A DNA stretch of 64,000 bases from Camelus dromedarius (lineage: Eukaryota), in the NCBI RefSeq assembly GCF_036321535.1, contig NC_087436.1, positions 81,160,001-81,224,000 of the forward strand, in the 5' to 3' direction. The notes below the pieces were generated by a model. That model was not told where the DNA came from, did no database searches, and worked only from the letters and a program-made list of their open reading frames with translations. The translations under genes were made by a program, and so were the position numbers. Positions 51,113 to 63,407 of this stretch are shown here, in pieces; within the stretch, counting starts at the first letter, position 1; every line of letters starts with the position of its first letter.

Positions 51113-52639
51113 AACACTTGCAGGTCCGCTCCTGCCTCTTTTTATATCAGAAGCTCCTCCAACAGCAGGCCCACCGTAAGAGAGGGAAGCAATTTCCTGT
51201 TACACTTATGCAAAGAATTCTTGCGTGCTGAAAATAAAGAGATTTATTCTATATCATTGGTTTAATGAGTGTTAACTGTGAAGATCAACAAATTCAGAAA
51301 TGCTGAAAAAAAAAAAAGGAAAACAAAACCAAAACCAAGATGACGTGGTGCAAAACTTGGCATATCTGTGATGTTTTTAAAGTATATGGTTAAAATTTAA
51401 TTGTGTAATAGCTTACATCTTCTTTTAAATGACTGATTTTCTTATTCATATCTAAAATAAAGTATCTTTTTTAAATATCACTTTTGCATCTTGCAAACAT
51501 TATGTCAGTATTTTGAATATATATCCATTGCCACATTCTGGTATTGGATAGTTGCAGGAAGTCAATATTCCAAGTGTAATTATTTCACTCTAAAAAGCAC
51601 ACATCGTAGCACTGGCTTGTGATAAATCACTGACATTCTGCTATGGTGGCCAGATCATTATTTTCTTATATTAAGAGAATCACTGAATGCAGCAAACCAG
51701 AATTATAGCCCTTGTGATATTATTTGCAAGAATGATTAACTAAGGTGCCGAGGGCACTTGCAGAAACAGCTGTTTCTTGTATTTTCCAGGTGATAAAACC
51801 TGTTTGGCCATTTACAGAAAAGCCATTAGATCCATCTCAGTGCCACTGAAATAACTGATGTCCCTTGGGTGGGGTACACCTAACAGCAGCAAGAGATAGG
51901 GGCGGGAACCAGAGAAGAGGCCTGGGTGAGGGGGTCAGTATCTAACTACAACCAGCCGGGAAGACAGGAGCGGGGCCCAGAGCTGGCAAGTGTCAGACGG
52001 AGGAGTCCAGGACCACTTAGTCACTTATCTTGGTCTGTCTGTTCATTGATTTCTTTATTTTAAAGGGAGAGTGTGTATTAAACACTTCTCTTTTACCCTC
52101 CTGAAATATTGCTGGAGGCGTGACGGTCTCTAGATTTTCCAAAGTCTATGATGTACTTATTATAAAGTACCATCTAAGCTATCACAAACTTACGCTTCTT
52201 ACCAGGCTTGAGAAAGAGTCTTCTCCATGAAGTAAACAGAATTGATATTTACATTAACATTGCATGTAAACTCCAGAAGTCAGCATTCTGTATTTTCCAT
52301 AGCAGAGTATACATCACACTTCATTTTTCTAAATGTTCATCTTCTATCTCTCCTAATAAATTTTATGGTCTGTTAAGAAATAGATGTACAATTTTTTTTT
52401 TAATTATAGAATTCAGCATTACATGTCTTTGCTAAAGGCCATGGGTTTCTTGAAAAATTTATTGATAGTTTTTTTGCCCCCCGCCAAGACAGCTCTAAGT
52501 CAAATTTTATTTTCTCCAGCTTTCCTTTAATTTGTACTTCCTCATACTTTATTTTAGAGCATTATCATAAAGAGGTATGCAAAAGAAGCCCACTTTTCTA
52601 TTTACGACAATGTGAGGACTTTTACAGGGCAACGTTTTA

Positions 52640-53029
52640 GGATTGTTCCCCCTGCAATAATCAGTCCACTGAAAGGGAGGAAATTCTCTGCAGGAAGACT
52701 TAAACAATCAATGAAATGCATTCCCAACCAACGATAATGTGAGGGAAGCACCACAATTTGATCAATGACCCTCTCATTCCGCGTGGAGATAACCTTTATT
52801 GATATCATTAACCAGATGAAGCCCTGGTTTGATGCAGCCCTTTTAACTGCGGAGCTTGGTATTGATTAAGAAGCAAGATCTGAGATTTTGTTAGTGTCGA
52901 GCTGTTTACAGAAACAAGAGGAACATTCTTTCCTTTTCTCCAGCGCTCAAAGTAATTGTTTTTTACCAGCAGCTAACAGAGAGGAGAATCCAAGGACACT
53001 TTCTTACTTCTGTTTCAATACATAGAAAG
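52640..53029 (+). promoter_or_regulatory. ARHGAP24: Candidate internal promoter and non-coding alternative first exon of a short ARHGAP24 isoform, ending at the donor AAAG|GTATGT (53029/53030); start site unknown
   Basis: Repeat-poor block with CpGs and dense FOX, ONECUT, HNF1, GATA and TEAD-like motifs. No ATG in 52900-53029 and a good 5' splice site. Human ARHGAP24 is recalled to have alternative first exons in this intron; orthology not verified. Confidence 0.55.
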
Positions 53030-54704
53030 GTATGTAAGTGAAACAGCACTTTCTGGAAGCTCACAAGGCTGGAGGCATTTTATAGGAGCAATTTTGGTGT
53101 GGCAAAGTGCATCCCCTTTTCTGTTATTTTTGAGAATCTCTCATTATACTGCTCCTTGTTAATACTTTTAGTTCAAAAGCTCATACTGCTTCTTCTTGTA
53201 TTTCTAGTTAAACAAACCAGGTACACTTGATTGTCACCCCACGAAAGGCGTACATCATCAAAGGGAAGACCTAGAGATTTTTGCCTTTTGGCCCAAATGG
53301 CTGATTATCTTTGAAAGGTTTAATCTGCATCTGCTTCCGTACAATAAAAATAGAGTATTTATTTAGCCTTTTAATGAATGACTTAAAGTAGGAATCAAAC
53401 ATACAGTTTTAATTCCTGAGCTAATGTTAAATGAAAGTCAACTCAAGTTAAATACACTAGACATTCTAGAAAAAGAGGTCAGTGAAAAGTAGCTATTGCT
53501 TAAAACTGTGCTTTTCAACTTAATTTGGTGAGACTGCTTTGAGAATAATTCTGTTTATGATGTGTGAATGAGGTTGTGTAGTGAGTGGAATATTAGAACA
53601 TGCTTGTGAGTGGAATTAATGAAGTTTGATTGATTTGTAGACTAAGTTCAGAGCACGTAATTGTGATCTATAGATTCAGAATGAATAATTAATGTTAGCA
53701 AATAAGCGCTAGAAAAAGTGAATCGAAAGGTTTACTAAGGTGCACGTATACAAAGATTTTTGGAAGAGGGATAGGAAAATTCTGAAGGGTAAAAGTGTTT
53801 CCACATTCTCTTAGGTCTCCAAACACAATAGTAGTTTAAATAAAGAACTATGGGCATCTACTGTTTTTCTTAGCAAGCTTCTGCTATATTAAGAAAATAT
53901 AATTACATTAAAAATTGCTATGTATTTGTAGTTTCAGCAAAATACCAATGGAAGACCAGATCATGGGAACAGGTAGTAAAAATGGATATGGTTGTTTATC
54001 ATGAAAATTGAAAATCTGTCTAATTCTAGGTTTCAAAGACAGAGACCGACTTCTTCAAATGGAAAGTACATTTTTTAAAATTAGTGGCCACTGTTTTTTT
54101 AAAACATGGAATCTCATTTACAGCATAGTCCTTTGGTGACAAAAAGTTAAGAACAGAGCAGATATAAATTTACACTCAATAGCATGAGGTTGGTTTTAGT
54201 TTTGGGGTGGCTTTTTCCTCTGTAATTATGAACTTGTTTTTTTCCATTTATATGAAGTACAGATTATAGTTTGTGCAAACATTAAAAATGTTGATTTGCT
54301 GCACTTTACTATTGAGTCAGATGTCTTGTTCTTTGTGGTCTCTTTTCAGCCCAAAATAACATCAACAATGGTAATGCAAAATCAAAATACTTAAAGCCCT
54401 GGAGGAAAAATCCATCAAAATAATGTCCCCACTTCTTAATCCTGAATATTGTGATTCAGCCACCCTTTTATATATAGAAGAAGGAAGTGGAGAAGGAGCA
54501 GGAGGCTGGGAATCAGAGAATTAGAGACAGAAAAAAAAAGGTAGGGAAAGAGGGAATAATAAAAATATTGGGAAAAGATTTTGGAATTTACTGTACTTGC
54601 ATAAAGGTCTGGGGTGAAGTTTAACACACTGAAGAAACTCCTCGCTCCTTGGCCCCTGCAGTACCTCTAGGTCCTTAAAACAGAACCATTCTTTTAAAAT
54701 CAGT

Positions 54705-54878
54705 AGTGTGCAGAGCTTTGCCACTCAAAATGTGACTCTCCGACCAGCAGTATCAACTGGGAACTTGTTAGAAAATCAAATTGTCAGGTCTTCACCCCTC
54801 CCCCGGCCAGAATCAGAATCTGCATTTTTAAGTAGCTCCTCCAAGTGATCATACGTTGTTAAAGACTTAAGAAGTACA
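54705..54878. mobile_element. MER5A-like hAT-Charlie DNA transposon
   Basis: ctcaaaatgtg...gaccagcagtatcaactgggaacttgttagaaaatcaaattgtcagg...gaatcagaatctgcatttttaa...ccaagtgatcatacg. Confidence 0.8.
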
Positions 54879-56129
54879 CACGTGGTCCCGTGTCTACTGG
54901 CAGAATATGCCCTTGTCCCTGCGTGACCAAGGCGCCACGAACGAAGAGACATAGCACGTGAAAAACAAAGAAAAATCTCCCAGGTTGAAAACATAAATAA
55001 GAGGAAATATAAAATTCCCCATTTATGCCTCGTGCTTCCCACTGGACAAGACATCACTAAGGTCGTTCATTCGCTCTAACTTGAGAAAAACAAACTATCC
55101 TGAGTCTACTTGCCTTTTTTTGCTTCTTAAAGTCAAACAAAAACTTTCTCAAACAACTTCAATGTTTAACAAAGAGTTTTAAATGGTGTGTTTATCCTGT
55201 ACCAGCTCAAGTCTGCAGGTATTTTAATGTTTTGATTTTAAGTGAATTTAACTATTTCTCTAGATTGCTCTAACCTCCAACTGTCCATTTCTGTGTAGCT
55301 ATGTGTTTTTTAGAATTTTTCTGGGTGTTTGTTGTGTATGCGTTATGGGACCGTGGTACATAGGCACATACATTCACGTGTGACTGCTCCGGCATCTTCA
55401 TCACACGGCATGAGACTTCTGCAGTTCCTGCTGTTCCTGTTGGGGAAGAAGAGGCTTATCTGTGTGTGCCCAAAGCACCCAGGCTCAAACAGAGCATCTC
55501 AATAGCAACAAAGTCACCCAGATTACCTGAGAGGAAGAAAAATGACATCTGTTCTTCAGCAAATAGATTGCCATTGAGGGGCAACTTATTAAAGAAAAAA
55601 GAAAACATATCTTCAAATTCCAGTGTTATATTGTAGTCATGGCAGTAGTAACTTATTTCTAGGTGATGTTAACAAACGTCAGATGTGATTGGAGAGAGGA
55701 AGAGAGGCTCCTCCCAAACTCTGACATTCTTGGTAGGAACTGAATTTCTGTTATCCTTGTTTTCGTCTGGGAGATGATCCTCTGATGTGTGAACTGAAGA
55801 ATACAGTACGTGTTTGTATATTTAATGCTACAATGCTTACATTATCAACTTTTGTTATGATTTGGCCCTTAGAAGTGGCTGTTGACAAAAGCAATTGCTC
55901 TAAACTTGAAAATCGTAAGATATTCTGAGGGTACAGCCGAAGAAATGTTATTGACTTCTAAAGGGATGTCTTTGCTTTGAAGGAAAGATAAACTGTGTTC
56001 TTACAAGGTGGGAGGGTGTCAAAAAGATTTACACTCACAGGCTCAGAGAAGAGAGATTGTTTAGATGTGGCTGCTATGTTAACCATGAACAAAGTGAAAT
56101 GAATTGGCATGACAACCTGCAAGTATACT

Positions 56130-57300
56130 GTAGAGAAATAATAAAAATTAAAAAATAAAACAATTAAAAACAGAGAGTACCTGTCAAATTCAGATTGAAA
56201 ACGTATCTAAGGATAAAAACAAGATAGAGATCTAAAGTCCTCCACAAATACCCGGTGCTATGCATTATAAAAGAAAATGCATCATCTAAAGAAAAAAACA
56301 CAAATTCCATAGATGTGAGCTCAAAGACAGAGCTATGAAACAGCAGGAAAAAAAAATATGCTTCAGAGTTGAAGAAGCAAATTGAGAATTTAAAAGACTG
56401 TTATAAATCTAACAAATAGATTAGAATCAAGAAAGAAAGACAACTGCAGATGAGATCACTGCTATTAGGGAAATACTTGAAATAATTGTGGGGAAAGCAG
56501 AGGGGAGACAGAAATTAGAATAAAATGACTGATAAAAAGGAAATAATGGCTATCCCTGAAGTGCAAAAACCAATAAATGGAAAGGAAAAATATTTAAAGA
56601 CATAATAATAGAGAAAAGTAGACTAAAAATAGCACTTGAAACCAGATTAAATGGAACCGTCTAATTGACATAAAACAGGAGATCTGGACGTATCTTGTTA
56701 TCTAGCATCAAGGGAAAAGGAAAAATTCTGCTCGCATCCAGATGGTAAAATCAAGTTGCGTAGAAAAGGAAAAACAAATAAAATAAAAACAAACTTACCT
56801 TCGATTTGTGCCAGAAGACGCTGGAAATTCTGAGGATAATAAAGTGATACCAATGAGAAAATATCCAGCAAGCTGCAGTAGGAGCACATTCTCCATTATA
56901 CACTACCTATCTATGCATGATTCAAATGTGAACTTCATGAAATCAAAAATGAAACAAAATAAAAAATCTGAGAATGGGAAGGTGTGATGAAATTCTCACA
57001 GTGACAACTATAAGACTAAGACTAAACAACCAGTCAAAATAAGGTTATAGAACAGAAAGCAGCTGTAAGATTATTATTATTTTGTGAATATTTATATATA
57101 ATTAAAATGTAGAAGTGGGAGAGGAGATGGAAGGAAGTATAATAAACTCCCGTATTTTTAAGCCTGAGAATCCAATTATATTGTGAAACTTGAAATATAT
57201 GATTAAAAAATAAAAGATATACTCTGTATATGCATGTATATATACTATATTTTCTATATTTGTAAAGTTTTTCCTATCTCTGTCTGGTGAGAGGGCCTAG
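56130..57300 (+). mobile_element. Ancient L1M/HAL1-like relic (ORF1-region-like, A-rich)
   Basis: Strong plus-strand A/purine bias. Motifs gaaaaatatttaaagacataataa, gaaaaggaaaaattctg and gccagaagacgctgga resemble decayed ORF1. Confidence 0.5.
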
Positions 57301-57411
57301 GAGCAATGGTATGAGTGTTCAGCACTTGGTTTCTAAATGCTGTTCTCCATTGAGATAAATTGAGGTAAAAAGACTGATTTCAGTCTGGAACAGGGAAAGT
57401 ACAGCTAAGCC

Positions 57412-58110
57412 TGAAACAGTATGGAGATTCCTCCAGACTAAAAATAGACTTACCATATGATCCAGCAATCCCACTCCTGGACATATTTCCAGAGGGAATT
57501 CTAACTTGAAAAGACACATGTACCCCAATGTTCATAGCAACACTACATAAAATAGCCAAGACATGGAAGCAACCTAAATGTCCATCAACAGATGACTGGA
57601 TAAAGAAGCTGTGATGTATTTATACAATGGAAGACTGCTCAGCCATAAAAAAGAATAAAATAATGCCATTTGCAACAACATAGATGGACCTAGAGATCAT
57701 CATCCTAAGTGAAGTAAGCCAGAAGGAGAAAGAAAAATGCCATATGATATCACTCATGTGGAATCTAAAAAAAGAAAAAAAGAGGACACTAATGAACTTA
57801 TCTACAAAACAGAAACAGACTTACAGACATAGTAAACAATCTTATGGTTACTGAGGGAAAAGGGGTGAGAAGGGGTAAATTTGGGAGTTTGAGATTTGCA
57901 AATGTTAGCCACTATATACAAAAATAGATAAAAATCCAAATTTCTTCTGTATAGCACAGGGAATTATACTCAATATCTTGTAATAACCTTTAATGAAAAA
58001 GAATGTGAAAATGAATATATGTATGTATATGCATGACTGGGACATTGTGCTGTACACCAGAAATTGACACATTGTAACTGACTATACTTCAATAAAAAGT
58101 TTTTAATTAA
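57412..58110 (+). mobile_element. Young 5'-truncated L1 (ORF2 end and 3' UTR), same subfamily as the 12283-12697 end
   Basis: aaacagtatggagattcctc..actaaaaatagacttaccatatgatccagcaatcccactcctgg through ...gcatgactgggacattgtgctgtacaccagaaattgacacattgtaactgactatacttcaataaaaa. Confidence 0.93.
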
Positions 58111-58735
58111 ATTAAAAAATAAAGTTAATCCAATAGGTTTTTTTAAAAAAAGAATATTAGTGAGGGTTGAGATGGTAGGAACCTTAAATTTTACATTATA
58201 TTTATCTTCATTATTATTTGTATAGTTTATAAGGAAATACATCACTTCTGTATTGAAAGGGAATCAAAATAATATAGAAAAAAGTATGACTTCCTTTTAT
58301 TTGTGGAATTGAAGCTTGAGGTCCAATAGCACAGGACTGATGGGCACTTTGTTTTTATTATTTTCTGAACCATGCTTGTGTGTCTAGGAATTTGTCAAAG
58401 ACTACAGCCCAGGGAGATGCCTCTTGTATTCATTACTGACTCTCTGTCTTATAAATGTGGATTTATGACTGTGTAGGGAAAACGGCAGTGTCAGGAAGCA
58501 ACTTTGCACTTTTGAGAGAAGTCTCTTTTCTGTATACACTCAGGAAGCTTGCTCCTCAGTGGGTTTGGGAGCCCAAAGAAGCTTAATATTTAAAAATTAT
58601 TAAACACATTGTGGTTCAGCATGTTATAGCTGATGACTTTTCCCATAAGAAAATCCAAATAGTCCTCCTATTATAGACTAAAAAATTAAATGCCTCCCCA
58701 CTGCCTATGTTTTTATTTTGGGGAATTAAAAAAAA

Positions 58736-58870
58736 TTTTTTTATTGAAGTATGATCAGTTTACAGTGTGTCAATTTCTGGTGTATAGCATAATGTTTCAG
58801 TCATATATATACACATATATGTTCTTTTTCACTATAGGTTACTACAATGTACTGAACATAGTTCCCTGTT
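58736..58870 (-). mobile_element. Very short young L1 3'-terminal fragment
   Basis: tttttttattgaagtatgatcagtttacagtgtgtcaatttctggtgtatagcataatgtttcagtcatatat is the reverse complement of the same L1 3' end. Confidence 0.85.
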
Positions 58871-59044
58871 CCTTGGGAATCTTTAAAAAATGATCATCAT
58901 TGTTACCATTGCAGTTGGTTTTTCAATAACTGGCTCTTGTAATTTCTTTATAATGCAACAAATATCTTCCCAATCTTCACAGATAAATAAACCTTAAACA
59001 AATTTAAAACATATGGGAGATAAATATCTCAGAGAATAGTTGAA

Positions 59045-59175
59045 CTTCACATCTGAAAGAACCTCCAAGGTAATCTTACTAAATCCTCTCATTTTATATA
59101 AGCCCCAGTGAAGTAAAGTGTTTTGTCTAAGGTCACACAACTAGTTGCTGACAGGTAAATGTTGAAAACCAAATT
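59045..59175 (-). mobile_element. MIR SINE relic
   Basis: atcctctcattttatataagccccagtgaagtaaagtgttttgtctaaggtcacacaactagtt. Confidence 0.65.
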
Positions 59176-59802
59176 AATTGTGGCTGATATCTTCCGTCTG
59201 TACCTGGGAATATTTGCTTCCCATGTAGTGCCCACCCTTACCTTTGTCTAGACTTGTGAGGATCTTTGCCAGGTAAGGAAGGATGGCTTCATCTAAGAAA
59301 AAAACTCAGGAGTTGGGCAGGAGAGTGGATTGAGATTTGACTCAGTTTTATGATTATTAATATTGACTCACTGGTGGTTAATGCATGAAAAATAAAGCCT
59401 GTGCTTATTTTTAAACAATCAGAATAGCTAGGGGCACCCACCCAAACCCATCTATTCTTTGGATTTTATCGCCAAAATATTTATGTGAATTCATTACTGT
59501 AGATGGGAGAGTAGACACTGTATCCCTATTACCTGTGACTCTCTTCTACTGAAGTGTCTTTTTTCATTGTTCTATATCATTTTTAAAATAAAATAAACTA
59601 TGGAACTAAAATGATTAATATATCCCCAGTGGTGCCATTGATCCAGTCATTATCTATGTGTTGAACACCTTGTCCATGTTGTGTGAGAGTTCTTCACTCT
59701 TCTTGTGTCACCTTGCTTTAGGAGCCAGTGACTCTAAAGCCTATGACCTCATTTTTGATACCATCATTATCTGAAAGTCAGGTTTCATACCAGCCTCTAG
59801 GT

Positions 59803-59932
59803 AGGGTGGTGTATATCCAGGTTTGTCTATGAGAGTCCTGGTTTTTATCTGCTACCCCACTGTAATTAATAATAGGACCTCCTTTTATTCTCAGAGAGTC
59901 ACGTTTTGGGCAGTGAAGTATATGGTTACCCT
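59803..59932. mobile_element. MER94-like hAT-Blackjack DNA transposon
   Basis: agggtggtgtatatccaggtttgtc..gagagtcctggttt...tgtaattaataataggacctccttttattctca...tatatggttaccct; AGGGTG / TACCCT termini. Confidence 0.7.
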
Positions 59933-60689
59933 GCCCACAATGATGTAAAATATGCTAGGGAAGGAATTTTCCTGCTCCAACTTGAAGGCAAATTTCAACA
60001 TTTTTTCCTGTTTAAGCTATGTCTGCCCCTTTCAGTTTTCAATGTCTTAAGAATTTTGCCTCTTGCCTTCCAAGACTCATTGAAACTGATTTGTCTTTCA
60101 AACTCCATTCTACTCAAAACTCAATATTTGACTTGATTGAATTAGGGTATCTGCCAAGTCCACTTTCATTTTGGTTTCAACTGGCTGTCCTTGTACAGAG
60201 TGTGAATAAATCTTCCAGGCTTAAAATGATTAGATTATCAGGAGGAATTTGAAGAAGGATTTGCACTTTGCAGGGAGCCAAACACATAGTTCCATAGAAA
60301 CAATACAAACACAATCGTTTGTGTGTTGATCCCAAATCCGAATGCGCTCATGCCTAGAAAAACCTAAAACAGTCCCGCCTAAGGAATCTCTGAAGAGCCT
60401 GTCAAATTCTATTCCAGTCTCTTCAAGCCTAGTCACCCAAGTTGAAAAAGGTGTCCAAGATTTATGATCTCCTGAAATGGGCAATTTAATGTAAAGAATA
60501 AGGGCTTTGTAGTCACATGGACATGGGTTCAAATTCTGCTATCACTCATTCAGGCTTCATGCCTCGGCTTCCTATTCTGTAAATGGAGAGAACTTATTAC
60601 GAAAAATATCTTTTATGTAATGAGGATTTACCACACTTTCATGCAATTCTAATACTGATACATTTTTCTGTAATAATTTTATGGAGATT

Positions 60690-61330
60690 CTGGGAATAAG
60701 TTTGCCTTTCCTACATCTTCCTACCTGTGGGAAATTTTAAATATCCTTTGAGGCCTTCTCTGTCTCTCTGTCCCTACTGCCTAATTTCTTCCCATCACAA
60801 TATCTTACCTGGATGAAGAAACATCCTCTTAAGCAGTCCTTTAGAGCACTTGTTCTTAAACTCTTTCTCCACTTAGAGTTCTGAAAACAAAATATCCCCT
60901 ATTTAAAACCCTTCAGTAGCTATGCATTGCCTTCAGGAAAAAAAAAAAAAATCCTGAGCTGGCTTTTGCCTGTATTTCTTTCTGCATATTTTATCTATCA
61001 GTCTATGTTGCTCATTCTACATTCCAGCTCTATAGAACTACTTGCAGTGACGCAAGTGTGGCCTTTCTCCTGCCTGGAATGTTAGTCCTCTCCGTCTCCT
61101 GTTTTAAAAAATGTGCCTTGGTTTCACCTCCTTCTTTGGTCACTTCCCTTCTCGATTCCATACTGCTCTAGTGTGCCCTCCTGTAATTCTGTGCTGAGTT
61201 CCCCAATAGTCTGTAGAGTTTTCCCACCTCCAAAGGGTAAGCTTCTTAATTTGGATTTTGCATTTTCCTTTTACTCAAACATTGTACATTATATGGACTC
61301 AATCAATATGGGCTTCAAAAAATTGAGGAA
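60690..61330 (+). mobile_element. L2 LINE 3' relic followed by a GGAA-rich tail (to about 61372)
   Basis: ttaaaacccttcagtagctatgcattgcc, attccagctctatagaactacttgcag, cctgcctggaatg, gactcaatcaatat. Confidence 0.6.
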
Positions 61331-61514
61331 AGGAAGAAGGAAAGAGAGGAGGAAGGAGGGGAGGAAAGAAGAAACTTTTACCTTATTTTCCTGGGGAATT
61401 TTGTATTCTGAATAAAGAAATATTATCATCCTATGATATAACAAGGAATAATTATACAGACCTCATGACCTAGCACAAGAGCTTGTCTACAGAAGGCAAC
61501 CAAAAATATCTGTA

Positions 61515-61800
61515 TTTATTTAGAGTAGACCTTTCAATATTTTTTTATGATAGGTTCAGCATTGCTGAATTCTTTTACTTTTTGCTTGTCTATGAAGCAG
61601 ACTAAAACTTTCTCTCTCTTTCTATTGTAAGGGATAGTCTTGCTGGGCAGAGTATCCCCTGTTGCAAATTTTTCTCATTCAGGACTATAATGAAAAAGAA
61701 CATGAAAATGAATATATATATGTATATGTATAACTGAGACATTATGCTGTGCACCAGCAATTGACACATTGTAAACTGACTACAAACTTCAATTAAAAAA
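61515..61800. mobile_element. Composite L1: antisense ORF1 C-terminal fragment (about 61515-61686) abutting a sense 3'-terminal fragment (about 61687-61800)
   Basis: The minus strand reads VLNEKNLQQGILCPARLSLTIE...FIDKQKVKEFSNAEP...LKGLL* (L1 ORF1p C-terminus, with indels). The plus part ends cagcaattgacacattgtaaactgactacaaacttcaattaaaaaa. Confidence 0.8.
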
Positions 61801-62607
61801 TGAGTGAGTGAAACTTAAGAAAAAATTATTTGTAACTTTGACTTATTGACTAAATAAATAGCACTTATGTACCTAGATTAATATTTGGTCAGTCCATAAT
61901 AAAAGGGTACTTTTTTCAAAAATAATTTTAAATTATGTTATTTCCTGCCGAGTGCAGCAGTGTTCAGGCAAGAAATTTCCTCTCCCAGGGTGTCCTAAGG
62001 GGACAGCTGCTGTGATGCTTGGGAAAAATCATTTTCTTCCAAGCAAAGAGTCACCCTTTTTGCCTGCCATCACACAGCCACCTTTCTGATATGACTGGAC
62101 CAAAGTGTGTTTAGCTAGTCACATTATCCCACAATGTGTCTGAGCCCCAGGACCCAGAGAGGCTGACTCATGAGAACAGGTAATTGGGAAGCAGTAGGAC
62201 ACAAGACAGGAGAGGAAATCTAATTTACAGCTCACTGGAGAGCTCTGAGTCAGCATGGAGAACTGAGATGGAAGATGAAATTGTGAGCTCACCTCTCTAT
62301 GATTATTTAGTCTGCCCCCTTTTCATTCAGAAAACATATGTTGTGAATGCAAGGATTTAGCTTCTGCTCCTAAAGCCTTGGCAGCTGACAGCAGTTTCTT
62401 GAAACCACCTGGAAAGGACAGAATTAGTTTTAGGATATCTGCTATTTTCATAAGGGCAACTACTGAGTTCAGGAAACAAAGGAAGCTATCCAGGAGCTCT
62501 CAGGACCTTCTGGCAAATATAATCACATATCTAGTTAGGTCCATGTATCCATGGAGAATATATTGACAAGTCAAGGGTGTATCATGGTCTTTGTGTTAAG
62601 AGAATTC

Positions 62608-63048
62608 AATACTGCCACTTGCAGCAACATGGATAGACCTAGAATGATCATCTTAAGTGAAGTAAGTCAGAGAAAGACAAATATCATATGATATCACTTA
62701 TATATAGAATCTTAAAAATGATTCAAATTTTATTTGCAAACCATGGATAGACTCATGGACATAGAAAACAAACTGTTTACCAAAGGGGAAAGGGCAACTG
62801 TTTACCAAAGGGCTAGATTAGGAGTTTGGGATTAACAGATACACACTACTGTATATAAAATAGATAAACAACAAGGACCTACTGTAAAGCACAGGAAACT
62901 ATACTCAATTTCTTATAATAACATATAATGGAAAAGAATCTGAAAAGAATCTTATATACATATATATAACTGAAACAATTTCCTATTTACCTGAAACTAA
63001 CATTGTAAATCAACTGCACTTCAAAAAAAACAAGATTTTAAAAAAAAA
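62608..63048 (+). mobile_element. 5'-truncated L1 3' end with poly(A), containing an internal short duplication (aactgtttaccaaaggg twice)
   Basis: tgccacttgcagcaacatggatagacctagaatgatcatcttaagtgaagtaagtcagagaaagacaaatatcatatg...acctgaaactaacattgtaaatcaactgcacttcaaaaaaaa. Confidence 0.9.
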
Positions 63049-63407
63049 TCACAGGAAAAAAAAGGAGTATCTAGCAGAATCTCAGTTTTTATCTAAACCT
63101 ATTTGAAACCTCAGTGATGAGTTTTATTTGCCCTGAACTGACACTCCTAATCAAAACTGCAGTCGTCGTAGGAAAAGAGGTGGGAAAAAAGAAAATTCAA
63201 GGGCTCAGAGGCACTTGGTATAGATACAGCTGCGTGCCTAAAGCCCAACAGGGGCTTTTTCTTTATTTCCTGGATGGCTAGCTGCTGAGTCACAAGGAGA
63301 TTTGCAGGGTTCCATCAATGGCAAAAGGAGATTAGTCTTTGCCCTCGTGCTTATGGACTGATACCAGATCTTTGTTGACTGAAGAGTAGTAACCCCAGCG
63401 GGAATAT

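Noticed and set aside
52540..52582. Possible micro-exon ttttag|agcattatcataaagag|gtatgc
   Set aside because: The 17-nt form breaks frame and the 15-nt form has an in-frame stop; no support beyond short motifs.
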